Assembly: GCA_038889235.1 (NCBI GenBank)
Contig: JAWAHN010000003.1
Location: 1-7,964 of the forward strand
Reading direction: 5' to 3'
Source: Candidatus Jordarchaeales archaeon
Lineage (GTDB): Archaea; Asgardarchaeota; Jordiarchaeia; Jordiarchaeales; Freyrarchaeaceae
Length of the DNA: 7,964 bases
Below are positions 6,051-7,964 of this stretch, piece by piece. Within the stretch, counting starts at the first letter, position 1, and each line of letters opens with the position of its first letter. The position numbers and the translations under genes are program-made. The notes under the pieces were generated by a model. It was not told the DNA's origin. It saw only the letters and a program-made list of their open reading frames with translations, and made no database searches.

Positions 6051-7124
6051 TCACTTGCGAGCGACAGCCCCTGGTATGTGCTCCGGCGGCCTCACCGCTT
6101 TGAGCGTGATCGCCCCCTCCGGGCACTTAACGGCGCAGACCCCGCAGCCAAAGCAGTTTTCGGGTATAACCCGCGCCTTGTACCTTTTGCTCCCCTCCGG
6201 CCTGTACATTTCTATGGCTTCAAAGTGGCACCTTTCAACGCACGTCTGGCACCCTTTACACTTTTCCTCGTCGATGAAAGCCTGCCACCTGCTTTTCTCT
6301 AGGGCTGCCTTTGTTACGGGTATGTTGGCTCCCTTAAGGAACATGAAGAACTCGCAGCAGTCGCTGCAGCAGTTGCAGTTGACCGTGATGCCTTTACCAC
6401 TCATCTCAGCCGTGTTGGCCCACGTGTGTATCAAGCCGTCCTCCTCTATCTCGTCTATGAGCTTCAGCGCCTCCTCTAGGCTGATCTCGACGCCGGACCC
6501 CCTCTCCACGACGTACTCCGCTCCCCTCCCAACCTGGATGCAGTTCCACCTCTTCGACTCGTCGGTATAGCGGCACCCGTCGCCAGCCAGCCTTGAAACA
6601 GTTCTACACGAGCACGGCACGACGGCTATCTTACTATTAGCCTTGAGAATCTCCCTTATGTCCTCGCACGGCAGGAGGTCGGGTGAATCCTTTACAGCTT
6701 TGTAGGCGGGGATCACTCTCCAAACCTTCATGCCCGTCGCCTTGATCAGCTCACCAAACTTGGGATAGTACTCTTTTTCGCCGAACTCCTTCCAGAGGGC
6801 TGCGTACTCACGCCCCCTCTCGGGGTCAAGCTGCCTAGTTGCGAGCGTCGCGTCGTGAAGCTGTATTATGTCTCTTGCAAGCCTAAAGTAGTCCCGTGCC
6901 TTGAAGTCTTTCGGGAAAGCCACTCCTTTAAAGAATAACCCGTCAAGTATCCTCCTAACTTTTTCGACTGGCAGCCCTGTTTTGCCGGCAACCTCCTCCA
7001 CGCTTCCGGGAAGTGCGGCTGCAACGGTAGCCTCCTCCTCGTTCATGAGGAAGCGGAGAATTTTCCTCAAAAGCTCGGACCCAGGGAAACCAAGCGACTC
7101 CATGATCTTAGAGTAAGGATCCAA
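6051..7124 (-). CDS. 4Fe-4S dicluster protein with N-terminal winged-HTH-like region and central Cys-rich domain
   Basis: CKGCQTCVERCH and CFGCGVCAVKCP ferredoxin motifs, central CSCR...C...C...CNCCSDCC, and HTH-like SVEEVAGKTGLPVEKVRRILDGLFFKG. TTG start has GAGGTGA (7137-7131) 6 nt upstream. Confidence 0.9.
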   Translation of the reverse strand: MDPYSKIMESLGFPGSELLRKILRFLMNEEEATVAAALPGSVEEVAGKTGLPVEKVRRILDGLFFKGVAFPKDFKARDYFRLARDIIQLHDATLATRQLDPERGREYAALWKEFGEKEYYPKFGELIKATGMKVWRVIPAYKAVKDSPDLLPCEDIREILKANSKIAVVPCSCRTVSRLAGDGCRYTDESKRWNCIQVGRGAEYVVERGSGVEISLEEALKLIDEIEEDGLIHTWANTAEMSGKGITVNCNCCSDCCEFFMFLKGANIPVTKAALEKSRWQAFIDEEKCKGCQTCVERCHFEAIEMYRPEGSKRYKARVIPENCFGCGVCAVKCPEGAITLKAVRPPEHIPGAVARK

Positions 7125-7130
7125 ACCTTC

Positions 7131-7137
7131 TCACCTC
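7131..7137 (-). promoter_or_regulatory. Shine-Dalgarno site of the Fe-S gene
   Basis: GAGGTGA with 6-nt spacing, identical to the site before the UroD-like gene. Confidence 0.8.
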
Positions 7138-7416
7138 AGCATGAAATAAAGGGGGGAAAGTCGTTTTCTGCTTTTTGGTTGAAGCGTCCTTTCACCACTG
7201 TCCACTCTACGCGTGTTGCCGGGTGGAGCGAAGCTACACATCTATTAAAGGACGCGCCCGGCGACAGGAACTCGCTGTGGTGAACCCGCAGACTAAAAAT
7301 TCTAGGGCGTCACCCTTGATTCATGTGGACTCGCGAAACCCCTTTAAAGGCTCCCAGCGGAGCCCGTATAGCTAAAACAGCATTGGATTAAAAGCCGAGA
7401 GTGGAGGAACTGGGCT

Positions 7417-7453
7417 GAAGCGCATCCTGCCCGGGATGCGCGCTTCCCTTTTT
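7417..7453 (+). terminator. GC-rich hairpin followed by an oligo-T run
   Basis: GCGCATCC (7420-7427) pairs with GGATGCGC (7434-7441). The stem can alternatively extend to GAAGC/GCTTC with a 2-nt bulge. TTTTT follows at 7449-7453. The strand on which it acts is uncertain. Confidence 0.45.
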
Positions 7454-7478
7454 AATCTGAGCCCGGTGCGGAAGCCCG

Positions 7479-7964
7479 CTATATGTATTCTACGGGAGCG
7501 CGCTCCTCAACGTACGTGTAAACTTTAACGTTTTTCCTGGTAGCGAACTCGTAAGCGTTACTGTCTATAGTAGGCGCGACGAGAATCAAGCGCGGCTTAA
7601 CACCCTTCTTTTCCTCGTAAAGCTCACCTATCCTGAGAAGCTCGGTAACGTCGCTCTTCCGAACCCTCGCCTTGATCTCAATCAACATGTGAACGTTATC
7701 CCTCACAAGCAAGTCCACTTCAACCTCTGAAGGCTCACCGTAAACAACACCCTTATCGTCAAAAAGCTTCAAACGTGTAACTTTCGCACCCCTAGCCTCT
7801 TCAACAAGCTCCATCATGGCGTTCCGAAAGGCGACCTCAGCCCTAACCCCCCACCTACCGCCAAGCACCGAAATCAAACCCTCCAGCCTTTCAAACCCCT
7901 TCTGCATGTCGACCCTGATATTCTTCACTTCAGTCCACAAAGCTGCTATCTCCTTGCTGTGCTC
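7479..7964 (-). CDS. Coiled-coil + PD-(D/E)XK nuclease-fold protein (DUF3782/DUF1626-like), 5' end outside the window
   Basis: LGGRWG-x-x-AEVAFR, EVEVDLLVRD and LIEIK motifs. The frame stays open from 7940 to the window end (EHSKEIAA), so TTG 7940 is probably not the start. Confidence 0.82.
   Translation of the reverse strand, partial: EHSKEIAALWTEVKNIRVDMQKGFERLEGLISVLGGRWGVRAEVAFRNAMMELVEEARGAKVTRLKLFDDKGVVYGEPSEVEVDLLVRDNVHMLIEIKARVRKSDVTELLRIGELYEEKKGVKPRLILVAPTIDSNAYEFATRKNVKVYTYVEERAPVEYI

Noticed and set aside
2502-6053. Selenocysteine or pyrrolysine read-through in the Cys-rich or methyltransferase genes
   Set aside because: All motifs use Cys codons. The TGA/TAG codons at 2504, 5319, 5327 and 6051 fall at natural C-termini, with no interrupted domain.
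1185-7116. Other overlapping ORFs (1185..1721, 2473..3072, 2653..2835, 2995..3315, 3454..3897, 3932..4381, 4127..4333, 5316..5579, 5552..5842, 5569..5787, 5784..6302, 5944..6570, 6901..7116)
   Set aside because: Shadow or alternate-frame ORFs on genes with clear family motifs. They have no recognisable domains.
7175-7375. 66-aa + strand ORF in the intergenic region
   Set aside because: TTG start without an SD, no motif, and it overlaps probable regulatory DNA.
7385-7460. Possible box C/D sRNA (CTGA at 7415 and 7457)
   Set aside because: No acceptable RTGATGA box C, and guide spacings are longer than typical.
7125-7478. SRP RNA, RNase P RNA or tRNA in the long intergenic region
   Set aside because: I found no SRP helix-8 motif, no GAGGAAAGUCC-type RNase P motif and no cloverleaf or T-loop on either strand.

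Overview
Archaeal window, probably from an anaerobic thermophile of the TACK or Asgard groups. This is inferred from GAGGTGA/GGAGG Shine-Dalgarno sites, BRE/TATA-like promoters, a crenarchaeal-type thiolase and a DUF3782/DUF1626-type nuclease-fold gene. It opens with a ~480-bp strand-asymmetric T-rich low-complexity tract, followed by eight genes: thiolase (+), Dph6/DUF71-like PP-loop ATPase (+), UroD/MtaA-superfamily putative corrinoid methyltransferase (-), C_GCAxxG_C_C protein (-), DUF169 protein (+), V4R/ATC-hydrolase-like protein (-), an 18-Cys wHTH/Fe-S protein (-) and a 5'-truncated coiled-coil PD-(D/E)XK protein (-). I recognised no rRNA, tRNA, CRISPR array or transposase. The most notable signals are (1) the T tract and a strand skew that ignores gene orientation and reverses across the window, (2) a cluster of Cys-motif proteins of unknown function around an atypical methyltransferase-fold gene, and (3) a structured 350-bp intergenic region that may hold a small RNA. 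Family assignments come from motif recognition by eye, not from database searches.
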